A DNA stretch of 64,000 bases from positions 1-64,000 of IMG/VR virus record IMGVR_UViG_2912649904_000001; one strand, given 5' to 3'. The stretch comes from a virus (Duplodnaviria; Caudoviricetes). The notes beneath the pieces are model-generated. The model worked only from the letters and a program-made list of their open reading frames with translations. It was not told where the DNA came from and did not search any database. Position 1 is the first letter of the stretch, and each line of letters starts with the position of its first letter. The translations under genes and the position numbers were made by a program. Below, piece by piece: positions 39,154-48,657 of this stretch.

Positions 39154-40050
39154 CTACGCAGGGGTGTCGAGGTACTGGTTGGCCCACAGCTCCAGTGCCT
39201 TGTACCGGTGCTCTGCGGGGACATCGCCACGGGCTACAGCCTGCTGGAGGGCTTTCTCGACGATCGCGGCGGACTTCGTGGGCATCGCGTCGGTGTGGAA
39301 CAGGGTGAGGAGCGGGGCCATGCCGTGATGCTTGGGCTCCCCCGTGTCCCGGTCGAACCAGGCGTCGACGAGTTCGGCGGCGTGGTCCTTGAAGCTCTCC
39401 AGGATGAGGCCGAAGGCGGTGGCGACGTTGGTGACGTCGCTGCTCTTGGAGGCGAGGTCGAGGGCAGCCATGGTCTGGTCGTACTGGCGGAGAGCGGCGA
39501 CCCAGACGGCGTCGGATGAGGAGGCGAGGCCGAGGGCGTCGCGGATGACGTCCTGGGCGTCCTTGAGGTCGTCGGGGAGGAACACGATCGCGAGGGTCTG
39601 GAAGCTCAGGTTGGCCTCGCCGAGGCTGGGGCTGTCGAGGTCGGCGAGGAGTTCCAGGGTGGCGTCGTCGAGTCCAGCGTACTGGCGGAGGTCGAGGTCT
39701 TCGATCTTCTCGTAGAGGGTCTTGAGGATCGCCAGATCGTCTTCCCCGGCGATCGAGTTGTGCGAGAGCTGGATGGCGAGGCGCTGCGACTCGGTGAGCA
39801 GGTCGGAGGTCTCTAGCCAGGTGATCTCTTCGATTCCGGCCTCGATGGCGGCCTTCGTGCGGTGGTTACCGGAGAGGACGATCCGCTCGCCGGACCCGAT
39901 GTCGTGCCAGACGAACGGGGTGGAGGTCAGGGCTTCGTCGCGGCGGACGTTCGCGACGAGCTGCTGATACTGCTCGTGCCGCATGTAGCGCGCGTTCAGG
40001 TCGAGGAGCTTCAGCGAGCGGGGGTCGCCGGTGCGGATCTCGGTCTTCAC
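39154..40050 (-). CDS. ParB/Srx N-terminal-domain protein of a DNA-modification locus
   Basis: NARYM..LVANV..IVLSGNHRTKAA; GTGA-coupled to the upstream methylase-like gene. Confidence 0.85.
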   Translation of the reverse strand: MKTEIRTGDPRSLKLLDLNARYMRHEQYQQLVANVRRDEALTSTPFVWHDIGSGERIVLSGNHRTKAAIEAGIEEITWLETSDLLTESQRLAIQLSHNSIAGEDDLAILKTLYEKIEDLDLRQYAGLDDATLELLADLDSPSLGEANLSFQTLAIVFLPDDLKDAQDVIRDALGLASSSDAVWVAALRQYDQTMAALDLASKSSDVTNVATAFGLILESFKDHAAELVDAWFDRDTGEPKHHGMAPLLTLFHTDAMPTKSAAIVEKALQQAVARGDVPAEHRYKALELWANQYLDTPA

Positions 40051-41459
40051 TTCTTCACGTCCTTGCCGTATCGCTTCTTCCACTCGCGCAGGACCTCGGC
40101 GAGCGGCTTGCCAGAGAATGCGGCTCCGTACTGGAGCTGGTACTGCTGGGCGTAGTACGAGTCGGTCGGGTCGATGCCCTTCGCCCAGTCCTCCTTGAGG
40201 ACGTCTTTCTGATCACGCTTCAGGAGGCGGAGCACGCCGCGGTACTTCATCGACACCGGGCGCTTCGTGAAAGCGGTGGTGGCGAGCGACTGGTAGCGGC
40301 GATGTCCGTGCCGCCAGGTGAGGAGCTGCGCTTCGCGGCTGATCGCGGCCATGACGATCAGCTTCGACAGCTTGGCGTAGCGGCTGGTGGAGACCGGGAA
40401 GTCGGACAGCATGTAGACGGTGGGCTGCTGAGGCAGGTGCGCGCCCCAGTTCCCGAGGGTCGGTGCCCACGAGTACGCGAACACGCCGACCAACTTCCCG
40501 TCGACGAGGACTGCGACGCCGAGCGATTCGGAGCCGGGGCGGATGTTGGCGTTCATGTACGCCGAGCGGAGCGCTGCGAACTGGCCTCCGCTGAGGACGG
40601 CGAGGCTGATCCTGTCGCCGATCTCCTCGTCGCCGAGGTGAGGGCCGGGCCACGCCTCGGTCTTCTGACGGGGCTCGACCAGGCGCATCGGCCCTGAGTT
40701 CGCGTAGACGTAGATCGGGATGCCGCGGTTCGTCGTCCTGGTCCGGCCGCGCAGGAACGGCGCCATCTCGGGGACCTCCTCGTTGGTGCCGAGGAGCCAG
40801 TGGTCCCGGTCGGTGATCCGTTGGATCAGGTACTCAAGCTCGGGGTCCTCCATGATCGTGAACTCGGGCGGCGTCCACTCGAACATCTCCTCCAGCTTGG
40901 CGAAGTCGCGGACGAACGCCGCGCCGGCGCCGTGGAACGGCGGGTAGGACACGACGCCAGCGCCAGGCGGGATCTTGTCGACCCAGGTCAGGGCGTCCTC
41001 GGCGCTGTAGGAGGCAAGCTTGAGGACTTCGGCCGCTGCGGTGACCTTCGCGACGGTCTTGGCGTGCAGGTCGGGCCACTGCTGCTCGTATGCCTTGCGC
41101 ATCTTCGACCAGTAGACGTGCGATTCGTTCTTGCCCATGAGCGGGGCGAGGCGCGTGCACAGCAGCATCGTGGCGAGCTGTTCGGCCGGGGTGTCGTGGC
41201 GCTCCAGCGCCCACGGGAACTCGGCCTCGGCGGTTGGGGTGAAGACGAGCGGCATCGGGTCGTCGGCGAGGTACCGGCCGATTGCGGTCGAGTACATGAG
41301 CACGTCGCAGGAGTGGAGGTCTTTCCCCAGCGACGCGAGGGTCTTCTCGACGGTGAAGTTCCCGCAGCACACGTTGTAGACGTCGGTCACGTCGGTCCAC
41401 AGGGAGACGTGCTCTCGGACGATTCGGCACATGTCGCTGGGGATCGAGCCGTGGAACAT
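40047..41459 (-). CDS. DAM-like adenine methyltransferase fold fused to a GNAT-like C-terminal domain
   Basis: VYNVCCGNFTVE (motif I-like), SYPPF (motif IV variant); C-terminal VLVDGKLVGVFAY..LSKLIV..SMKYRG. GNAT call is from recall of similar phage proteins. Confidence 0.7.
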   Translation of the reverse strand: MFHGSIPSDMCRIVREHVSLWTDVTDVYNVCCGNFTVEKTLASLGKDLHSCDVLMYSTAIGRYLADDPMPLVFTPTAEAEFPWALERHDTPAEQLATMLLCTRLAPLMGKNESHVYWSKMRKAYEQQWPDLHAKTVAKVTAAAEVLKLASYSAEDALTWVDKIPPGAGVVSYPPFHGAGAAFVRDFAKLEEMFEWTPPEFTIMEDPELEYLIQRITDRDHWLLGTNEEVPEMAPFLRGRTRTTNRGIPIYVYANSGPMRLVEPRQKTEAWPGPHLGDEEIGDRISLAVLSGGQFAALRSAYMNANIRPGSESLGVAVLVDGKLVGVFAYSWAPTLGNWGAHLPQQPTVYMLSDFPVSTSRYAKLSKLIVMAAISREAQLLTWRHGHRRYQSLATTAFTKRPVSMKYRGVLRLLKRDQKDVLKEDWAKGIDPTDSYYAQQYQLQYGAAFSGKPLAEVLREWKKRYGKDVKK

Positions 41460-41576
41460 GGCTGGCTCCCTGGTGGTTCTGGCGGGGCCGGGCGGTGCAT
41501 CCGGCCGGGCGGGGATGGTAGCCGACCAGTGACGGACCGTGTCCGCGTCGCCGCAGGCCAAGGAGGGCCTAACAAC

Positions 41577-41606
41577 GGGGAAGCCCCCCGGCTGCGGAGG
41601 GCTTCC
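41577..41606 (-). terminator. Hairpin directly after the tRNA CCA end
   Basis: GGAAGCCCTCCG-CAGC-CGGGGGGCTTCC followed by CCGTTGTT on the minus strand. Confidence 0.7.
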
Positions 41607-41611
41607 TCTTC

Positions 41612-41686
41612 TGGAGCGCCGGCCAGGATTCGCACCTGGACCTCCCGCCCGGAAGGCGGATGTGCTGCTGTTGCTACCACCGGCGC
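41612..41686 (-). tRNA. Atypical tRNA-Gly(TCC)
   Basis: GCGCCGG TG GTAGCAACAGCAGCAC A TCCGC CTTCCGG GCGGG AGGT CCAGG TGCGAAT CCTGG CCGGCGC T CCA: 7-bp acceptor stem, TCC anticodon, U73, encoded CCA. Confidence 0.88.
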
Positions 41687-41808
41687 ACTACGGTCGGCCG
41701 CGCCGCTGCTCAGGACGGCCGATCGCAGAGAGGGATGATACACACACTCTCAGCAATCACATCTGCGCGCGGTGGAGGGCTGCAATCGCGGGCTGCACCT
41801 AGGCCCGG

Positions 41809-42395
41809 CTACGCCCGTCGGGCGGCGCCACCGCGTTCCCTCTTTCCGCCAGCACGGAATCCGTGCATCGACTGCCCTTCGCGGCGGGCCGCCCGGGATG
41901 CTGACTCCCGACTCAACGCCTCGCCGCGCGAGTTCAGCAGGAGTGGACCTGCGTCGCGTCCAGCCATGGCGGCGCGGACCAGATCGTCCGCCTTGCCGGA
42001 GAGCGGGACCGCGCGCTGCCCCGGCCGCGAATATCCTCCGCAGTGGCGGTCTTCCCCTCGGGGTCGATGTCGCGGACGTCGAGGGAGAGGGCTTCGGCCA
42101 GCCGGAGTTCGCTCTCCCACATCAACGCCCACAGTGCCCGGTGCGCGGCAGGGATCGACTCGTCGGCGATGAGGCGCCGGTACTCTTCGGGGCTCACCTC
42201 AAGTTGCGGAAGGTCGGTGCGGTGCCCCTTGCCGGGCATGCACTGGCGGGCGGCCTCGGCGGCAGCCCTGTCGTACCTCATGGCTCCGGTGTCGGGGTCG
42301 CGGTCGATCGCATCGACGGGGGCGAGGACACGGCGCGCGGCGGCGGCGCTCAGGCCCCAGCGCTGGGCGCATTCTCGGACAGTGGTCAACTCCAT
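41809..42395 (-). pseudogene. Frameshifted, truncated tyrosine-recombinase-like gene with N-terminal HTH
   Basis: RALWALMWESELRLAEALSLDVRDID in one frame, RAVPLS..GPLL..MHGFR in the next; break near 42030; no C-terminal Tyr. Confidence 0.7.
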
Positions 42396-42572
42396 GAATC
42401 CGCGACCTAGACACAGGGTGTGCAGAGGTCAAGCGTTATCCACGGGGGTGGGGTGGCCTCGAAGAACGCGGCACAAGCGGCGCAGAGGGGGCTTCTGGGC
42501 GGGGCTGTAGCCGCTCGATCGAGCAGCGTGGAGGAGGGAAGGCTGCCCGATCAGTAGCCCCGGAGACGCGCA

Positions 42573-42611
42573 GAAGGGGCCCTGACGGGCGTGTGCCGTC
42601 AGGGCCCCTTC
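42573..42611. terminator. Perfect 16-bp inverted repeat
   Basis: GAAGGGGCCCTGACGG-N7-CCGTCAGGGCCCCTTC. Confidence 0.65.
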
Positions 42612-42827
42612 GGGGCTATCGCAGTTCAGGCCACGAACAGCGTTCCCTGTTCGGCGACTTGCCGTACGGCACGAATGGGTGCCCTGTGGTGGTCGAGGTA
42701 CGGGGTGAAGTCGGGGCTGTAGCCCATCGTGGGCTCCGATCTGGACGTTCGGGTGAAGAGAAGGAAAGCGTCGGGGCCGTAGGGGCTGTGTGTGCGCCCT
42801 GTACGGCCCCGGACCGGCGGCGGCTGG

Positions 42828-43754
42828 TCAGGCGCCGACGGGTTCGATGGCGTCGGCGGCGCAGTCCGGGCACTGCTGCCGGTAGGTACACGGCCTGTGC
42901 GCGCCGCGGCGACCGTTGCAGTGCACGCAGTTGCCGGGGTGGTGGGCGTGGCCTGCCAATAGGTTCAGCGCCTCGCTGAGGGTCGAGGCACCGAGGACAC
43001 GGATACCGTCGACCTCGCGGGCCTCGGGCACGTTCGCGTCCGGGACTAGGACGACCGGGGCTCCGGCGTCGGCAGCGGCCCGCACCAGGTCGCGAATGTC
43101 GCGGACCGACCGCAGCTTGCCATCCAGGCCGAGTTCCCCGATCAGCACGAGCCCGGCCAGCGCCGAAGCGGCGAGTTGCCCGGTCGCGGCGAGCACCGCG
43201 CACGCGAAAGCCAGGTCAAGGCTGCTGCCACCGGGCTCGTCGCCGAGCGCGACGACGCCCACCGTGACATTCGACTGGTTCCAGGTCAGGCCGCTGTTCA
43301 CCATCCCTGCGCGCACTCGGTCGCGAGTCTCGATGCGGTTCCGCTCGCGCACCCCGAACACGTTGAAGTTCGGCACGCCCGGGGTGCTGGTGCCCTCCAG
43401 CCGGTACACGGTGGCCCCGGCGACGGCGAGCGCTTCGGCGCTGCCGTACGGCTCGATGGCCGGGGCGGCGTCGCCGAGGGGGCCGTACGCCTCCATGTTG
43501 CTGTCCGGGCTCAGCCCGTAGTTGTCGACGCCGCTGCGCTCGCGCAGGTGGGCAACGTGCTGGTCGACGGCCGCGCGGGCGCTGGCGGCCCACATGGTGG
43601 TGACCTCGCCGAAGGCGTCCATGGCCTCGACGCCGATCTCTTCGAGTGCGATGGCGCACTTCGTGGCGTCGGTCGGCGCGGGGGCGACGTCCCACAGGGT
43701 GTAGCTGCTGCCTTGGTCCTGGCCGACGATGATGTACTCGCGGGTCTCGCTCAT
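42828..43754 (-). CDS. Fusion protein containing a ComM/YifB N-terminal (Lon-C-like) domain
   Basis: ETRDRVRAGMVNSG, GSSLDLA, IGELGLDGKLRSV, VLVPDANVPEA; no ATPase domain. Confidence 0.8.
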   Translation of the reverse strand: MSETREYIIVGQDQGSSYTLWDVAPAPTDATKCAIALEEIGVEAMDAFGEVTTMWAASARAAVDQHVAHLRERSGVDNYGLSPDSNMEAYGPLGDAAPAIEPYGSAEALAVAGATVYRLEGTSTPGVPNFNVFGVRERNRIETRDRVRAGMVNSGLTWNQSNVTVGVVALGDEPGGSSLDLAFACAVLAATGQLAASALAGLVLIGELGLDGKLRSVRDIRDLVRAAADAGAPVVLVPDANVPEAREVDGIRVLGASTLSEALNLLAGHAHHPGNCVHCNGRRGAHRPCTYRQQCPDCAADAIEPVGA

Positions 43755-43774
43755 GGCGTTGCCCTTCCGGCTGG

Positions 43775-44281
43775 TCACTGGGCGTCGGTGAGGTCGAAGT
43801 GCGCGCCGAGCGCTTCGATCTGCTCGGTCTGGGTGCGGCTGAGGGCGTCGCCGGGGTCGCCGCAGGTGCGGTACAGGTCGACGGCGGAGCGCAGGACACC
43901 GAGGACGCCAAGGACGTCGAGGGGTTCGAGCACGGACACGGGACCGGCCAGCGTCGTCTCGGGCGTAACCAACTCGCGCTGGACGTCGACTAGGTCGCGG
44001 CAGCGGAAGATGCGGAGGCCGTAGGCCAACTCGCCGATGCTCGACTCTTCCTCCCGGACGTAACGGACGATTGTCCAATCCGGAGAGCGCCCAGCGGCCA
44101 TGCGGAAGATGGCCTGGGCCGTGGGGTGGTCCTCGCCGAACATGGCGGCGGGGTCGTCCTCGTCGTTCCAGACGTCGAGAACTTCCCGCCATTCGCCGTC
44201 GATCAGGGCGGTGTCGGTGTCTTCAAGGTCGGCCGCGCGGACCGAGTCGGCGGTCCAGGTGGATCGGGTCGGGGTGCTCAC
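43775..44281 (-). CDS. Hypothetical protein
   Basis: GGAGG RBS before GTG; acidic protein-like ORF. Confidence 0.7.
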   Translation of the reverse strand: MSTPTRSTWTADSVRAADLEDTDTALIDGEWREVLDVWNDEDDPAAMFGEDHPTAQAIFRMAAGRSPDWTIVRYVREEESSIGELAYGLRIFRCRDLVDVQRELVTPETTLAGPVSVLEPLDVLGVLGVLRSAVDLYRTCGDPGDALSRTQTEQIEALGAHFDLTDAQ

Positions 44282-44432
44282 GCGTTCCTCCAGTGATCTG
44301 AATGGGCGGTACGGTGGGCTCCACGTGCCGAATCGGGTTGTGAAGCCCCGCGGTTGGCGCGGCGGCCGACGGATTCCCAAGGCATTTATGCCCCGTCGGC
44401 CGCTTTGCTGTTGTTGAAGGTGGTACACACCC

Positions 44433-44470
44433 ATTCTTCCCCAAGTTTACTTTGGAAAACCAGGTTGGGG
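44433..44470 (-). promoter_or_regulatory. Early promoter/operator (CCAAG-N5-TTTGG family)
   Basis: CCAAGTTTACTTTGGAAA at 44441. Confidence 0.7.
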
Positions 44471-44484
44471 AAGAAAGTTGCAGG

Positions 44485-46233
44485 TCAGGCGGTCAGGGCC
44501 AGGGAGAGCGGGCCACGCCCCTCGGCGAACCGGGACAGCTCCTCGCCGGTGATCGCCTCGACCAATGCGCAGTACAGGTTCTCGGCGACGCCCGGGGTGA
44601 CCGCGTTGCCGAGCTGGCGCACCTGATGCCGCTTCGAGCCCATGATCTTGTAGCCCGGCCGGAAGGCCATCGCCCGTGCGATCTCGTGGGGCTGCAACAT
44701 CCTGAACAGGACGTCGTCGATGTTGAACTCGCCCTTCACCAGGGCGTATCGGTCGCGGGTCGGCAGAGCGCCGATCGGCTCGCTGAGTTCCCGGGCCCGG
44801 CCGTTGCCGTAGTACGGGACCAGCAGATGGTCAGGCGCGGCCACCAGACCGTGATGGTTACCGCCAGCCGACACTGTGTGGAGCGGGGCGCTGACGTGCC
44901 GGGCTTTCTCCTTGTCGCCGCCGCCGCGCATGGGGATCACGAAGGGCGGCAGATGAGCGAGGGCGGTCTCCAGGCGGGCCGTCTGGGTGCGCAGCGGGTC
45001 GCCCAAACTCATGGGCTTCTTGCCGTCGCGTCCCTCACAGGGGACCAGGAAGGGCGGGACCACGACGCCGTCGGTCTCGACTGTTGTGCGGGTCGACATC
45101 GGCCGGTCGAGGGTGACAGCCTTGTCCCGCCAGGTACCGCCGGTCGGAACGAGGAGCGGGCCGGGGGCGGCCTGCGGGGCGTCATCCACGTCTCCGAACA
45201 GCGTTTCCTGTCCGTCGTTCGCCTGCGCTCCCCAGCCCCAGAACTGGGCGAACCCGGCACGGGTCCGCGCGATCGTGGCCGGGGCCAACCCCTCGGGGCA
45301 CTCTTCCGTCTTCGGGCGGTCGCCGATCGGCGTCCCGGGTAGCGACCAGTCGATCGCGGCAGCCGCAGGGAGCACCATGGGCTCAACGACTGCGCGGCAG
45401 GCCTTGCGGGGGCACCTGTAGTCGTAGCTCTGGCGATACCTGCCCATGTCCTTGCCCGGCTTGCGGAAGACCTGGACGGCCTCAACCTTCTCGTCGCAGT
45501 CGAAGCAGAAAGCCGCCGGGCGCAGGATCCACTTGTCCCACTGGGGCGTGCGGCCGATGCTCCTGTGGATGTAGGCGACGTACAGCCGGTCTCGGCTCTG
45601 CGGGATGTGGTCGAGGCTGCGCGGGTCGACGTGCATTGAGTTGATCGCGAAGACCCACGTGGCGTAGTTCATCTTGTCGAACTCGGCCATCCAGCGGTCC
45701 CAGTCGTCCCAGTCGCGGCAGTCGATGACGTTCTCGACAACACCCGCCTTGACCAGGCCGCCTCGGGCGATCACACCGCGCAGGTACATGGGGACTTCTT
45801 CCATGAGGGCGCGCGAGCGCTCCTCTGCCGCCCGCCGCTCCTTGTCGCTCTTGAACTCGGGCTCGTCGAAGTCAATCTGACCCTGGAGCGTCTTGTCGAA
45901 GTCGCGCTTCACGCCCCGCGCCGCCGACCACTTGGGGCACTCCGGGCTGGCCCAGAAGATGTCGCACACCGGCCAGCGTTCGACGGGGGCCCGGCGAATG
46001 TCACCCTTCCAGACCTCGCAACGCGGGTTGTTCCACGCGTGCGTCGCGAGGGCCACGTCCCAGTGGTTCGCGGCCCTGGTGACCTGGACGTTGGGGACGG
46101 CGTCCGCGCCCTGCGTGTCGCCGCCAGCTCCGCAGAACCAACTCATGACGGTGAGTTCGCTGCCGTCGTGCTTGTAGGCGCGGGCCGGTCTGCCTGCGGC
46201 CCATGCCTGGGTGGTGGAGTCGATATAGGGCAC
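44485..46233 (-). CDS. DNA (cytosine-5) methyltransferase
   Basis: FCGAGG, ASPEC, VENV, PQSRDR, QLGNAV. Confidence 0.95.
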   Translation of the reverse strand: MPYIDSTTQAWAAGRPARAYKHDGSELTVMSWFCGAGGDTQGADAVPNVQVTRAANHWDVALATHAWNNPRCEVWKGDIRRAPVERWPVCDIFWASPECPKWSAARGVKRDFDKTLQGQIDFDEPEFKSDKERRAAEERSRALMEEVPMYLRGVIARGGLVKAGVVENVIDCRDWDDWDRWMAEFDKMNYATWVFAINSMHVDPRSLDHIPQSRDRLYVAYIHRSIGRTPQWDKWILRPAAFCFDCDEKVEAVQVFRKPGKDMGRYRQSYDYRCPRKACRAVVEPMVLPAAAAIDWSLPGTPIGDRPKTEECPEGLAPATIARTRAGFAQFWGWGAQANDGQETLFGDVDDAPQAAPGPLLVPTGGTWRDKAVTLDRPMSTRTTVETDGVVVPPFLVPCEGRDGKKPMSLGDPLRTQTARLETALAHLPPFVIPMRGGGDKEKARHVSAPLHTVSAGGNHHGLVAAPDHLLVPYYGNGRARELSEPIGALPTRDRYALVKGEFNIDDVLFRMLQPHEIARAMAFRPGYKIMGSKRHQVRQLGNAVTPGVAENLYCALVEAITGEELSRFAEGRGPLSLALTA

Positions 46234-46332
46234 GGTGAAGCTCCTCGTGAAGCTAGGCGGTTGGCGGCCGGGCGAGCGGGGATTCCCGCCCCCTGCTCAC
46301 ACGGCCGGAGTGGTGAAGGTGGAACCAGTCCC

Positions 46333-46382
46333 ATTCTCCCCCAAGTCAACTTTGGGTATTCGAGTTTCCAAAGTAAAGTTGG
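46333..46382 (-). promoter_or_regulatory. Early promoter/operator, two inverted copies
   Basis: CCAAGTCAACTTTGG at 46341; TTTCCAAAGTAAAGTTGG 46365-46382. Confidence 0.7.
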
Positions 46383-46416
46383 CAAAAGAATGGAAGATAA
46401 TCCCAGGTCAGCGTGA

Positions 46417-46878
46417 TCACGGCAGGGAGAGCGCTGCGGCCTTGCCTAGGTCCAGCCGCCATACCCGAGTACCGTCACGGTCGGGTAGGCGCTCACTGAT
46501 CGGCTCCCACACCTCGCGGTTGGTGTCGTCGAGGTACGACGTCCACTCGTTCATGTCGAGGACCGCATTCATTCCTTCGGTCTGGCCGAGGTCGTCGACG
46601 AACGTGCGGCGCTCGCCGGCCGCCATCCAGTACGCGCCGGTCGCGAACAGTGACCCGCTCCAGGTCTCGGTGAACTCGGCCCATGCGGCATCGAACGGGG
46701 CGTCGTGGTCGCAGCCGGTCAGGATGTCGCGGACCGTCGCGGCGGCTACGACAGTCATGGCGCGACCGGCTCGCTGCTGCGCTGCGTACAGCTCGCGGAT
46801 CGCCTTGTCTACGGCCCGGGACAGCTCGCGGCCGTCAGGCAGCGGGTAGGCGCGGTTCTGGGAGCCGTGGGTGGCCAC
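46417..46878 (-). CDS. Hypothetical protein
   Basis: GAGGA RBS, 153 aa. Confidence 0.7.
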   Translation of the reverse strand: MATHGSQNRAYPLPDGRELSRAVDKAIRELYAAQQRAGRAMTVVAAATVRDILTGCDHDAPFDAAWAEFTETWSGSLFATGAYWMAAGERRTFVDDLGQTEGMNAVLDMNEWTSYLDDTNREVWEPISERLPDRDGTRVWRLDLGKAAALSLP

Positions 46879-46966
46879 GTGGCGTCCTCGTTTCGTCCGG
46901 GTGGATGAAGGGGGTGCGGCCCCGGGGCGGGCACGTGGCCCGCCCCGGGGGCCAGGTATGCGGTGG

Positions 46967-48040
46967 CTACTCGGCCGGGAAGACCAGGACGTACGCGCCG
47001 TCCACGTGCGGCGGTGTGTCGTCGCTCCAGCCGCACGCGGTCAGGTCGTCGCCGGTCGGATTGAAGGCGAGCAGCCCGGCCAGCCGGTCGTGGACCTTCT
47101 GTGCGACGTCGCTGGGCACCGGAGTGCTCGCCTGGCCCTTGGTGTCGTCGACAAGGAACATCACGAACGGCTCGTCGGCGTGAGGGTCGATGACGATGCC
47201 AACCGCGTCGGGGCAGGCCGCGCGGACGTCGTCGACGAGGTACGGCACGGTCTCGGTGAGCAGCTTCCGCCGCGCGGTGATGAACCGTTCGCGGGCCTTC
47301 TCCAGTGGGCCGTCTCCGCACTCCTCGGCGCCGACGGGCGGGAACACGATGCGGTGCAGTTCGGGCAAGCCGATGTCGCGAGCCGGGCACCATCCGCCGA
47401 TCTCCAGGTCGGTGTGGCCGTCACGGTGGTCGAGGGCCTTGCGCAGCACCTCGTCCGCCTCGCCCAGTGTCTCGGTGTCGAACGGGCCGTACCCGTCTTC
47501 GCCGTCGCTGTCGTCTCCGGCGGGCCAGCCGGGATGGCCGGTGGCCTCAATGTGGGCGATGTGGCCGAGACCGTCCAGGCACAGGAGCGCCGACGTCGCC
47601 TCCGGCATCTGGGTGCGGACGATCTCCCCGGCCCGGCGGGCGGACTCGGCGAGTACCTGCTTCCACGCCTCGAACGTCGCCTTCTTCGTGTAGAACAGCG
47701 GGCCGTCTGCGACCTCGTACCAGCACCATTCCCAGCCGCCGATCCAGTAGCGGCCGTTCTCGTCGGGCTTGACGACGTTCGCGGCGCTGCCGGGCTCATC
47801 GTGGAGGCACGACCAGCGGATATGCAGCACGACCGGCACAGGGCCGTCGATGACCTTGATCTCGTCAGTGCCGTCGTGCCCGGACCTCTCGGCCAATTCC
47901 TTGGTGTGGGCGGCGAGCTGGCGTACGGCGTCCAGCGTGAGGCCGGGCGACAGCCAGCCGTTCCAGCGGTTCGCCAGGTCGACCAGCGCGGGGTAAATGT
48001 GCTCGTCGTCCACGCAGACGAACGTCTCGGTGTAGCCCAT
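46967..48040 (-). CDS. Hypothetical protein
   Basis: AAGGGAG RBS; N-terminal domain paralogous to 48130-48582. Confidence 0.75.
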   Translation of the reverse strand: MGYTETFVCVDDEHIYPALVDLANRWNGWLSPGLTLDAVRQLAAHTKELAERSGHDGTDEIKVIDGPVPVVLHIRWSCLHDEPGSAANVVKPDENGRYWIGGWEWCWYEVADGPLFYTKKATFEAWKQVLAESARRAGEIVRTQMPEATSALLCLDGLGHIAHIEATGHPGWPAGDDSDGEDGYGPFDTETLGEADEVLRKALDHRDGHTDLEIGGWCPARDIGLPELHRIVFPPVGAEECGDGPLEKARERFITARRKLLTETVPYLVDDVRAACPDAVGIVIDPHADEPFVMFLVDDTKGQASTPVPSDVAQKVHDRLAGLLAFNPTGDDLTACGWSDDTPPHVDGAYVLVFPAE

Positions 48041-48129
48041 GACAGGGCTCCCTTCAAGTGTGAAGTGTTCGCGGTTGTCTGCCGGGCGAGCGGGGATTCC
48101 CGCCCCACGCCCGTCCGGCTGCGCCCCGG

Positions 48130-48582
48130 CTACCGCTCAGGGCGGAAGGGGATCTGCGGGTGGATGCCGTCGGGACCGATCGCGTACCAGCACCACGGGA
48201 ACCCGCCGATCGCGTACAGCGGTTCGCCCTGGTACTCCGGGTCGTAGTCCCCGCCGTCCTCGCGGTGGTAGCGGGGCGTGACGATCGTGGTGGCGCCGTC
48301 GACGCCCTTGACGGCGATGTCCATCCAGGAGATGACAACGACGAGGCTCCACGGGTCCTCGTCGACCTCGCCGTCGATGAAGTCGATGGCGTCGATGACG
48401 TGGACGGTGTCGATCGCGTCGTGCCCGAATTCGGCTGCGGCGGCCTGGGTGTTGGCGGCCAGTTCGCGGACGGTGTCCAGGTCGAAGTACGGGCGGACCC
48501 AGCCCTCGTCGTGGCGCTCGTCGGCGTCGACGCAGGCCGGGTACTTGTCGGTGTAGTTGTTGCTGACCATCACGCGGTGCAC
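48130..48582 (-). CDS. Hypothetical protein
   Basis: GAAGGGAG RBS; YAIGGFPWCWY. Confidence 0.75.
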   Translation of the reverse strand: MHRVMVSNNYTDKYPACVDADERHDEGWVRPYFDLDTVRELAANTQAAAAEFGHDAIDTVHVIDAIDFIDGEVDEDPWSLVVVISWMDIAVKGVDGATTIVTPRYHREDGGDYDPEYQGEPLYAIGGFPWCWYAIGPDGIHPQIPFRPER

Positions 48583-48657
48583 GGTGGTCTCCCTTCGGTC
48601 ATGGGTCGGGCCGGGCGCGCACTGGTCGTGTGCGTCCGGCCCGGGGTGGGTGATTGG

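Noticed and set aside
41612-41686. tRNA as an integration (att) remnant
   Set aside because: It is full length, internal to the element, and I saw no duplicated 3' end in the window.
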